Below are positions 23,001-30,257 of a DNA stretch of 32,000 nucleotides, in pieces; position 1 is the first letter of the stretch, and the number at the start of each line of letters is the position of its first letter. A program made the translations under genes and the position numbers. The DNA is from Bacillota bacterium (GTDB taxonomy: Bacteria; Bacillota; UBA4882; UBA8346), in contig JAAYHS010000108.1 of NCBI GenBank assembly GCA_012735315.1, positions 1 through 32,000 of the forward strand, given 5' to 3'. The notes below the pieces were generated by a model. The model saw nothing but the letters and a program-made list of their open reading frames with translations, searched no databases and was not told the origin of the DNA.

Positions 23001-24712
23001 CCTGGTTTCCATTCCCCTTTTAAAATGGCATTGGTCGAAATTTTACCGCCGATACCGGTTTCCATACCGAACTTGGTGCGCGCTAAGTTCAAGTCGGCCA
23101 ATTCTCCGGAGACCTTCCATTCAACCCCCTCGGAACTAACCTTAACCGTTCCCTTTGCCGTAAGATTTCCGTCCCCGGTCACGCCTTCCAGCTTGGAAAT
23201 TTGAAGGGAATTGGTTAATGAATCCCAGTTCAAGAAGGTTTTTAAATTTTCAAACCGCAGATCTTGATATTCGAGTTTAGCGATTTGTAATTCGCCGGAT
23301 ACCGTAGGAGTCCATAATTCGCCGCTAACTTTGCCCTTAAAATCAACTTTTTGATCAATCTTCAAACCCGGTGGAACAGGAAGGCCGTATTCGGCGAAGT
23401 CGATCCCGACGGCCTGAACGTTGAGATTATAAGTCGGAGTCAAAATATTGGCGATGCTTCCCGTCACGCCTATCAAGGTATCGCCGAGGTAGCCCTCGAT
23501 TTTTTTAATTTCTAAATCATTATTAATGATTTTGGTTTGTCCGGTAAGTCGCTTAACCCAAAGGTTCGGACCAATCGCCAACTCCGCCCCGTTAAAAGAC
23601 AGTTCTCCGTTTAACAGCGGCCGATCAAGATCCCCGGAAATATCGACCCGTAAATTAGCCGAACCTTGGAGTTGATAAGGGAGCAATTTCGGAAAAAATT
23701 TTGCGAAATCGGCCAAATTAACCCGTCTTCCGCTCAGAACGCCGTTGATCGCGGTCGTCTTCGTATCAAGCTTCCCTGAAACCTTCCATAATGAATTATT
23801 GTAAATGAGATCCGCGATATTAATCTTCAGTTCGAAAGGGGAGATTTCTCCGTCTAATTCCCGGACGTCCAACAGCCCGAGACCGTCCGGTAATTCCAAT
23901 TCGGTCCCGGTCAGCCTTATCGCGCCGTTTTCCAACCAAAAACCATCCTTATGCCAACCGAACTTCACGTCAAATCCGCCCACTCCTTTAATAACTTCGA
24001 TCGAATAAGGAGCCGGAATAAACGGCGCGATTTTGTCGAGTACCAGATTAGCAACTGTTATTTGGGCATGCCCGTTTTTAAAGTCGAGGGGGGCTTCACC
24101 CCGGCTGCTCCAACGGCAATTATTATTAAGATCTGAAATGCCGTTACAATCCCAAGTCACGATACCTTTTGAATCAAACCGGACGCTGCCGTTGACTTCG
24201 GAAAAATTATATTTTCCGTATCCTTCATCTTCCAGTTTGATCGTTCCGTTTTTAACCGAAAAAACCGTGTTCAAACGTAACTTTCTTTTGCTTCCGGTAA
24301 AATAATTCTTCTTTAGATCCCAGGTCCCATCCTTGAATCGTTTTAAATGAACCGAGGCGTCGATTAATTCCACCTTACGCAGCGCGCTTTCGGGATTTCG
24401 TCTATTTTTTAATAGCGCCAATAAATCGATGTTCAAGTTGACGGCGCCGGCTTGAAAAGGAATAATTCCTCTTTTCTCATCCTTTAATTGAACCTTGGAG
24501 CATTTAAAAAACCCCCACCCCGACCAATGAATATTCTCAATCTCTATTATCAGCCCGGTCTTCTTCAAGTTTTTTTGAAGGTTATTCCTTATTTGGGCGG
24601 TCAAAACCCGGTCTTGCAATAAAAAAAAGGGCAAAGTGTAAAATAAAGCCCCGATTACCACGAGGCTGGCCGTTAACCATAATCCAATTTTATTCGGAAT
24701 AATCTTCTGCAA
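20039..24712 (-). CDS. tamB: TamB / AsmA-like translocation and assembly module protein (DUF490-type C-terminus)
   Basis: An N-terminal TM anchor (IGLWLTASLVVIGALFYTLPFFLL) precedes ~1500 aa of repetitive beta-rich sequence (many GxLxLxG, NL.L.G and DL.G.I motifs). The C-terminus is ...GLFLSYSRSL...WELEYYLTSNLIVGGSF...WRLTYRFRF. I prefer TTG 24710-24712, which has GGGAGG 7 nt upstream. The track uses TTG 24727. Confidence 0.8.
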   Translation of the reverse strand: MQKIIPNKIGLWLTASLVVIGALFYTLPFFLLQDRVLTAQIRNNLQKNLKKTGLIIEIENIHWSGWGFFKCSKVQLKDEKRGIIPFQAGAVNLNIDLLALLKNRRNPESALRKVELIDASVHLKRFKDGTWDLKKNYFTGSKRKLRLNTVFSVKNGTIKLEDEGYGKYNFSEVNGSVRFDSKGIVTWDCNGISDLNNNCRWSSRGEAPLDFKNGHAQITVANLVLDKIAPFIPAPYSIEVIKGVGGFDVKFGWHKDGFWLENGAIRLTGTELELPDGLGLLDVRELDGEISPFELKINIADLIYNNSLWKVSGKLDTKTTAINGVLSGRRVNLADFAKFFPKLLPYQLQGSANLRVDISGDLDRPLLNGELSFNGAELAIGPNLWVKRLTGQTKIINNDLEIKKIEGYLGDTLIGVTGSIANILTPTYNLNVQAVGIDFAEYGLPVPPGLKIDQKVDFKGKVSGELWTPTVSGELQIAKLEYQDLRFENLKTFLNWDSLTNSLQISKLEGVTGDGNLTAKGTVKVSSEGVEWKVSGELADLNLARTKFGMETGIGGKISTNAILKGEWKPGEIFDPGTILGTFKGENFNHEKIGLESIQGVFTWTDHKLLVDSIQARAGRGRIYGHLAWDFQRLSAGFNAERVQLSDLSPLARKYSVDGVFDGLFEFEGPLSDLKGKIQCSLKQTTYLAKPLGEITGSIEYTDQGFDINALQVASETGDYSVKGRIDLAAQPNVNLTMNSDNAQLNGFMQWLPIDPSLRLGGTGTLNFEFFGPIENPNYTAHIFLNGPSVGNFQMERGAIQFEGNFREINLNRMVLTDSDSVIEISGTVDRDNLDLNLKGTRISFDSLGLEFKGATLQGRFDLEGRLLGKPARPLFEAEISSGKVLFGPFSGEIYSGAVDWKEREIRISRINLGGEDFQVNIDGVIGFNKQLRLDLAVDVSDLNLVKLCQVLGVSGFDAEGKLEGLINITGDPYQPVINIDGELTKAVFSGAPVEGEFELGYQNKRLLLKQLKLRQYSGSLLATGVWEPDSVSKLQINAKDFSLAPFGSFLGPDLQFDGAIDLESDLTWSSAGIFGETQAKVNGLSLNRNRLGDLQLRGNFKEQGFYISESILNTKNGSVGAHGYLPWPEQFLSIMKRSDNSGAVFRSINLEFGFKNTSLEIINSYLPENVTVTNGLVNGNLKIQGRYGWPVFSGNLEATNIGIAVSDLPLPITNMRAAVEIERNRISIQQARGGYGNGRFTLNGELLLFGEEDQLHFDLNLDGSKLYYRNNYFDGYADAKLQLSGTPADSKLSGDVRLFETKVGILKISKEKASSIAWNPSFDLRVTTGKNVRYRQIGLADIEVESDLRIGGDLQKPLISGEANSDKGVLTLYGQTFKVKNAKAAFKFSQGFNPYIDVDSRMSTPAAEVILTVKGQIGENLAINLYSYPPLAEEDLFAMLNWSELRGDKPLTVKGVATTNLSMITDTVFGEVFYELRQALDLDYLYLERDFIEDEFRVNLGEYVSDGLFLSYSRSLSDQPKEKWELEYYLTSNLIVGGSFPKEEETSWRLTYRFRF

Positions 24713-24869
24713 GGTTTTTCCTCCCAAAAGGGCTTACTCCGGAACCTATCGCCTGAAATAACCGATTAATGATTAATAATGTTACGCAGCGTGATTACAA
24801 CTTATAAGTCTTTACGGATACTCGCGGTTGCTGTTTAAGCCCGCTTGCTTAATCCGTCAACCGGGGAGT

Positions 24870-26546
24870 TTAGATGATTTCCAAGTCAAATTGGGCTTCC
24901 CCATGAATACAATAAGTAGTATCCACTTTTTGATTGATCTCCTTTTTTAAATTCCGGTCGTCGCTTCCGGAATCTTCATTGAGCTGGTATTCCAATACAA
25001 CTTGATTATTTTTGGTTTCATTCAGAAAATCGTTAATCAGTTCATCCAAGGAAGCGGCTTTTTTCGACCCCGTTTTTGAAGTGTCCGGTTTGCGTCCTTC
25101 ACTCTCCGCTTCCAAAAAAACATTGGCCGTTCCATGGGCGGATATTGTCAGCTTTCCCGGTTCAATATTGCTCGGCAATTTGATTTCAAAAGGAATAGTC
25201 AGATTTTGACCGCGAAATGTACGGGCGACGACCTGCACTTTAACAACGCTCCCCGGTTTGACTTTTGAACGGTCGGTTTCAATCTTGATGATTCTTGCTG
25301 AAGCCTGCTTTTCTTGAACATCAACATTGACTTTTACCGATTTAACGGTTAATTGGAGAAACTCGTTGGCGGCCAGCAAATCTAATAAATCCCGCAAGTC
25401 CTTAAGACATGAAACAGCAATGTCTTTCCCGTAAAAATAATTCTCCCGGATTATCGATTCCCGGTTTTCCAACTCAATTTGGAGTCGGACCACGGCGGTT
25501 CCGCTGCCAACCCGGTCAATGGTTTGATCAATGGCGTCGGTAACTCCCGATATGATCAAATCCCGGTAAAGCTGCTCATTCTGAATCACTTGAAAAGAAA
25601 AACCACGTTCCAAATCACGGTCTAAATCCCTGACAGTCACCGCTACCGGAATTAAGGAGGGATATTCGCCGAATTTCCCCAAAATACCGGGCTGTCGATC
25701 CTCGATAATCCTGCCCGCGATTTGTAACGGCAATCCAAGTTTAAAAGACATCACCGGACTTTTAACGGTATGTAAAATATGGGCTTGAAAGGCGAGATAA
25801 TCGACTTTGCCTCTATTGGTAAACGAATGACCGAAGGCAAGAAAATAATCATCCTCAACCAAAGTCACCGTTCCAATCGCTGCCACCTGATAATCCCCGG
25901 AAACCATTTGAACCGCCACCGCGCTCCCCGGCTTAAGAGTCACAAAACCGGAATCAAATTGCTTTTTCTTGGAACCAAAAAAGAAAACCGGCTTAAAATT
26001 ATACGGTTCCAAAGCCTTCTTGAAACTCTCGAAGCCGCGCCTTCCCGCCCCGGAAATGACCACCGGGGTAATAACCGGTTTGAAAATTAGTCCGTCTTTT
26101 AAAATCAATGGTCTTCCCGCGGCTAAGGATTTTTTTTCGGAGGCGGGAAGCATTTTTAACATATTTTCGATCGGCGTCACCAACGCCAGGTATGAATCGG
26201 CGTTTTCAAACCCGTAACTAATGGCGCCCACTAATCTTTTTTTAATATAGATGGGGCTGCCGCTCATTCCCGCGGCTAATCCTCCGCTTTTTTCGATGAT
26301 TCTTCCCGATAATTTTACTAAGATCAGTTTATCGCTCCAGGTGTCTCCCTCGACCACCGCCAATACTTCAGCGTTAAAACGTTCGATCTTCGTTCCGGAA
26401 AATACGGAATAACCGAAGCCTTTCATGCCCGGTTCGACTTTTTCCAAAGGATAAAAAGCATCTTTAGCCAGGGCAAATTGAGAGCCAACCACTATCAAAA
26501 AAAGCGTCAAACTTATGAATATCGTTCGGCGTCGCCACAAGTTCAA
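24870..26546 (-). CDS. Secreted SpoIVB-type (MEROPS S55) serine peptidase homologue with long C-terminal extension
   Basis: Signal peptide ending QFALA. The segment GFGYSVFSGTKIERFNAEVLAVV...EKSGGLAAGMSGSPIYIKKRLVGAISYGFENADSYLALVTPIENML matches my recollection of the SpoIVB C-terminal Ser-motif region (GGIVQGMSGSPII.NGKVIGAV). A later segment, AAIGTVTLVEDDYFLAFGH (residues 222-240), resembles the SpoIVB His-motif region. TTG start is at 26544-26546. Confidence 0.65.
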   Translation of the reverse strand: MNLWRRRTIFISLTLFLIVVGSQFALAKDAFYPLEKVEPGMKGFGYSVFSGTKIERFNAEVLAVVEGDTWSDKLILVKLSGRIIEKSGGLAAGMSGSPIYIKKRLVGAISYGFENADSYLALVTPIENMLKMLPASEKKSLAAGRPLILKDGLIFKPVITPVVISGAGRRGFESFKKALEPYNFKPVFFFGSKKKQFDSGFVTLKPGSAVAVQMVSGDYQVAAIGTVTLVEDDYFLAFGHSFTNRGKVDYLAFQAHILHTVKSPVMSFKLGLPLQIAGRIIEDRQPGILGKFGEYPSLIPVAVTVRDLDRDLERGFSFQVIQNEQLYRDLIISGVTDAIDQTIDRVGSGTAVVRLQIELENRESIIRENYFYGKDIAVSCLKDLRDLLDLLAANEFLQLTVKSVKVNVDVQEKQASARIIKIETDRSKVKPGSVVKVQVVARTFRGQNLTIPFEIKLPSNIEPGKLTISAHGTANVFLEAESEGRKPDTSKTGSKKAASLDELINDFLNETKNNQVVLEYQLNEDSGSDDRNLKKEINQKVDTTYCIHGEAQFDLEII

Positions 26547-26647
26547 GGGATCACATCCTGTTTGCTGATAATTACTGATACGAAACTTTATGCCCTAAGT
26601 TCCCTTAATGGCCTTATTTAAGCAAAATTTTCGAAAAAACACGGCTT

Positions 26648-26676
26648 AAGATAACTCATCAATACTTGGTTATCTT
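26648..26676. promoter_or_regulatory. Inverted repeat AAGATAAC-N13-GTTATCTT upstream of the S55 peptidase gene
   Basis: Perfect 8-bp arms at 26648-26655 and 26669-26676, ~100 nt upstream of the S55 TTG start in a 353-nt intergenic region. On the minus strand a TATTCA -10-like hexamer lies directly upstream. Confidence 0.25.
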
Positions 26677-26899
26677 GAATATCGGTTTTTTCTCCCGATC
26701 AATGAATATTCGAAGTTTATTAATTTAATCCTGCCTTTAAAAAATGTATTACCCCAGTTACCGACAGTAAAATCTTGGAGACGTCTGCGCCGCTTAGCCG
26801 CAGAGTCAAATTCTCACAAAACAAACCGCCCGAAAAAGCTATGAAGACGTTCGAATTACCCTTAAAACCCGCCCCATCCTGAGCCGTGAAAAAGTCGGT

Positions 26900-27811
26900 T
26901 CAGTTTCTAATAAAATCAGCGATCCATTGGAATACTTCGGATTTACGCGGGTTTAAATCGATAGTCAGATTATGATGTCCGTTCGGGAATAAGATTAACT
27001 TTTTGCGCCCCTCGGCTAGACCGGAGAGGGTATCATAAAACTTTCGCGAGCCTTGATAGCGGACTATCCGATCATTGAGCGCGTGAATAATTAAGGTCGG
27101 GGTCTTGAGCTTCGGTCCTGTTTTCCAACCTTCAGCGGCTATTTTCAGCAGCTCGCCCACCCGGGAGGTTGGAATTTTCCCATACCAATAAGGACGCTGC
27201 CAGTCATATTGAACTCCCATATCGTTTTCGGGGAACAACCGCCGCGCCGGATACCAGCGGGCCAGGTAGGCCATCCGGTTTACGAACCGGAACGCGGGAG
27301 CGCAAAGAATCAACCGTTCAATCAACTCTGAAAATTGGACCGCCAGGATCGGCGCCAAAGCGCCGCCCATGCTTTCCCCGATCACCGTTACCCGCCTTCC
27401 CAACAACGAACAGATACCCAGACCCAGATATCCGGAGTTTTTCCAATCCGTCGCGCCGACTTTGGCGAAATCTTCAACCCTGGTTCCATGTCCGGCCAGC
27501 CGGACTCCGAAGACGTTGTGCCCTTGTCGGTAAAGGCGTTCGCCTAATTCCCGCATTTCAAAAGGGCAAGCGGTAAAGCCGTGGATTAACAAAAATGATT
27601 GAGCGGTGATTTTTGAATGATGAAAACAGAAACTGCGCTGTTCCTCCTTGGTTCCCGCCCTTAGACATTCCGGATGATTAAAATCGGCCTCCGCCAGGTT
27701 GAGCGCCAGTTCGAGACGGGATTGATCGCCGCCGTCCAAGGCTTGGCGAAGTTGGTCGGCGTGTCGGCTTAAAGCGTCTAACTGGAATAAGGCCGTGATG
27801 GCTCGGGACAT
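26900..27811 (-). CDS. Alpha/beta-fold serine hydrolase (esterase/lysophospholipase-like)
   Basis: HGFTACP (oxyanion region), nucleophile elbow GESMGG, then late NDRIV and GHHNL, which are consistent with a Ser-Asp-His triad. A ~75-aa helical N-terminal extension is present. Start is ATG 27809-27811 with GGAGAGGTG upstream. The track's longer version adds a hydrophobic peptide with no SD. Confidence 0.8.
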   Translation of the reverse strand: MSRAITALFQLDALSRHADQLRQALDGGDQSRLELALNLAEADFNHPECLRAGTKEEQRSFCFHHSKITAQSFLLIHGFTACPFEMRELGERLYRQGHNVFGVRLAGHGTRVEDFAKVGATDWKNSGYLGLGICSLLGRRVTVIGESMGGALAPILAVQFSELIERLILCAPAFRFVNRMAYLARWYPARRLFPENDMGVQYDWQRPYWYGKIPTSRVGELLKIAAEGWKTGPKLKTPTLIIHALNDRIVRYQGSRKFYDTLSGLAEGRKKLILFPNGHHNLTIDLNPRKSEVFQWIADFIRN

Positions 27812-27969
27812 GAAAACACCTCTCCGGGTTATTATCATAAAAAATAATATTAATGGCACAAACAACGAAGGATTATCCCCGAAAACCCAAAAAGGGAGCG
27901 CGCTTTGTCACGTGAACGTTTCCCGGCGGGAGTTAAAGGATGAATTTAGCAAACCCGAAGGCCTCGAAC

Positions 27970-29061
27970 TTATCTGGGCCGATACCACCTGGCCCCTTCC
28001 GTAAATCCTTCCTCCGGGGAAACCCGCTTTAAATTCGCTCCATGCTTGTCCATGATATATAATTGTCGTTCCCGGGTCTCCCGGTTGGATAAAAATGAGA
28101 TGTATCGATCATCGGAGGACCAGGCCGGATAATCATTGCTCCCGGAGCTTTCGGTTAAGACCTGCTTTTTCCCGGTTGCAACATCATATCTGGTTATCAA
28201 ACTCATATTCGGTAATCCATTGGGTTGGCTTTGGAAAACGAGGTGTTTCCCGTCGCCGGACCAGACCGGAATAAAAGCCTTCATCCCGATTTCACTGAAA
28301 ATATATTTGGCGAAAACTTGTTTTTCAACCAGTTTTAACTCCTTACCCGGTAAGTCAAGGAGATATAATGAATAAAATCCCTCGAATCCATCGGCCTTTT
28401 TCGCATAAAACGCCAAATATTTCGAATCCGGAGACCAAACCGGCCAATCCGGTATAATAGTCAGATCATCCGGCAGCGACCAAGTTTTCTTGAATTTGCC
28501 GTTGATCCGTTCCTCAACCGTTAAATTAAATTTTTGCGAAAACGCCGCCGTTTTGAGAACCGCCAGGCTCTTTTCGTCCGGGCTGGGGACTTTAGGGGTT
28601 CGGGAATCGGCGACGGTAGCCGGAGGTTGCTTTACCCGACGCACACTGCCGTCGGAAAGTTCCAGCACATACCAATTAACGGTATAATCATCCTTGGCCA
28701 CGACCAACGCCTGCTCCGGACCGTCCGGAATAACCTCCAAATAAAGTTCTTTTTCCTTAAAACTCGTCAACTCTTTACTCTTCCGAGCAGCGATATCGTA
28801 TTGATATAACTTTTGTTCGTTAAAATATAAAAAATACTTGCCTTGTAAGAAAACTGATATTCCGGCCCCCCGAACCACTTGGATCAAAGTAAGCGTATCG
28901 GGTTGATAGGCATAGATAATTTTTTGATCCCCGACTTTCTGGGAAAAAACCAGGTATTCAACGGCCGAATCACCCAGAGCCGAACCGGTAAAGACCAATA
29001 TTATCAGCAAAAACGGAATCAATAAATAATGAAATAGCTTCAGAACCTCACCCCCCGGCAT
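27970..29061 (-). CDS. TolB-like periplasmic beta-propeller protein (PD40/WD40-like repeats)
   Basis: Signal/anchor is LFHYLLIPFLLIILVFTGSALG. Repeated PD40-type motifs include WSPDSKYLAFYAKK, PVWSGDGKHLVFQS, PAWSSDDRYISFLSNR and QLYIMDKHGANLKRV. The start is uncertain. ATG 29061 is used here, the track uses GTG 29082, and a CTG after GGGGGGTGAGG is also conceivable. None has a clean SD. Confidence 0.7.
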   Translation of the reverse strand: MPGGEVLKLFHYLLIPFLLIILVFTGSALGDSAVEYLVFSQKVGDQKIIYAYQPDTLTLIQVVRGAGISVFLQGKYFLYFNEQKLYQYDIAARKSKELTSFKEKELYLEVIPDGPEQALVVAKDDYTVNWYVLELSDGSVRRVKQPPATVADSRTPKVPSPDEKSLAVLKTAAFSQKFNLTVEERINGKFKKTWSLPDDLTIIPDWPVWSPDSKYLAFYAKKADGFEGFYSLYLLDLPGKELKLVEKQVFAKYIFSEIGMKAFIPVWSGDGKHLVFQSQPNGLPNMSLITRYDVATGKKQVLTESSGSNDYPAWSSDDRYISFLSNRETRERQLYIMDKHGANLKRVSPEEGFTEGARWYRPR

Positions 29062-29246
29062 CGCGGATGACGCGGTTGTCACTGAATAGATATAAAGGTC
29101 GACGTTGTCTATTATAATCGACGGCTGTCAGTTAATAATTGTGAGCTTATAAATATTTTTAAATTATGAGGTCGGATTAGATTATCATTTATTTTATTGT
29201 ATTCTTGATCAAAAATGAACTTCCTTGTTTTTAAAATTAATCCCGG

Positions 29247-30257
29247 TTAACAAATTCTTGGCAATAATTCGCCGCTTCCCATCGGCAAAACTCGGCCGCC
29301 GCCGTTTTGGTTGCGGAGCATTACCAACCCCGGATTTTCTGCTGAAACCTCGCCGATCAGCGCCGCTTTCGCCCCCAAAGGCGTTCGCTTAAGTTGTCCC
29401 ACCAAATCGGCGGCGATCTCCGGAGCCGCTATGATAATCGCTTTCCCTTCATTGGCCAGATATAAAGGGTCCAAACCCAGCAAAGCGGAAATTCCGCGCA
29501 CCTCGGGCAACACGGGTATTTGCGCTTCATTAAGAATGATCGAAACCTTTGATTGCCCGGCAATTTCATTGAGGGTGACCGCCAGCCCTCCCCGGGTCGG
29601 ATCGCGCATCGCGCGCACTCCGGCCTTAAAATGGCGGATTAGAGGAAGCAACATCCGGTTCAAAGGGGCGACATCGCTCTCAAGTTCGGCGCTAATCCCC
29701 AACTCCCCCCTTGCCAGGAGGATCGCTGCTCCATGATCGCCGACAGTTCCGGTGATGATTACCTGATCTCCCGGCCGGGCCTTTTCCCCGCCCGGATAAT
29801 ACTCTCCCTCCACCAAACCGATCCCGGTGGTAGTGATGAAGATCCGATCCACGGCGCCCCGGTTGACTACCTTGGTATCGCCGGCGACTATCGCCACACC
29901 GGCCTCAACCGCCGTTTCCGCCATGGATTGGACGATCTCCTTTAAAGAATCGGTTTCAAAACCCTCTTCAATGATGAAAGCAGCCGTTAAAAACTTGGGT
30001 TCAGCGCCGCTCATCGTCAAATCGTTGACCGTGCCGGAAACTGCCAGTCTGCCGATATCGCCGCCTGGGAACTTCCAGGGAGTAACCACGAACGCATCGG
30101 TAGTGAGCGCCGTTTTTCCGGAACTCCATTCCAAAACCGCGGCGTCGTTTCCTTTTCGCAATTCCGGATCGGTAAACCGGGACCAGAAAACCTCCCTGAT
30201 CAAGCGGGCGGTAGCTTCTCCCCCGCCGCCGTCGGCCAGTTTTATTTTAGAAGTCAT
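29247..30257 (-). CDS. hypE: [NiFe]-hydrogenase maturation protein HypE (carbamoyl dehydratase)
   Basis: PurM-like fold motifs (DAAVL, GGDIGRLAVSGTVNDLTMSGA, MRDPTRGGLA) and the diagnostic C-terminal PRIC. The start ATG overlaps the hypD stop (TAATG). Confidence 0.92.
   Translation of the reverse strand: MTSKIKLADGGGGEATARLIREVFWSRFTDPELRKGNDAAVLEWSSGKTALTTDAFVVTPWKFPGGDIGRLAVSGTVNDLTMSGAEPKFLTAAFIIEEGFETDSLKEIVQSMAETAVEAGVAIVAGDTKVVNRGAVDRIFITTTGIGLVEGEYYPGGEKARPGDQVIITGTVGDHGAAILLARGELGISAELESDVAPLNRMLLPLIRHFKAGVRAMRDPTRGGLAVTLNEIAGQSKVSIILNEAQIPVLPEVRGISALLGLDPLYLANEGKAIIIAAPEIAADLVGQLKRTPLGAKAALIGEVSAENPGLVMLRNQNGGGRVLPMGSGELLPRIC

Noticed and set aside
18419-26546. Reading the S55 (SpoIVB-like) peptidase plus SigF-like sigma factor as a sporulation locus
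   Set aside because: No other sporulation genes are present in the window: no spoIIA, spoIIG, spoIVF, spoIIIA or spoVT-type genes. The neighbours are OM-biogenesis genes, the peptidase lacks the PDZ domain, and the sigma factor has no adjacent SpoIIAA/AB-type partners. The resemblance is kept only as a mechanistic analogy.
1134-28809. All other 60-155-aa ORFs in the track nested inside or antisense to the called genes. Examples are 1134-1463, 1698-1958, 3427-3825, 7538-7864, 8098-8562, 11124-11516, 15866-16240, 17621-18001, 20983-21255, 22920-23204, 25779-26090, 27169-27576 and 28534-28809.
   Set aside because: Each lies wholly within a longer ORF that has clear family motifs. None has recognisable motifs or a convincing SD, and their compositions are typical of out-of-frame translation.
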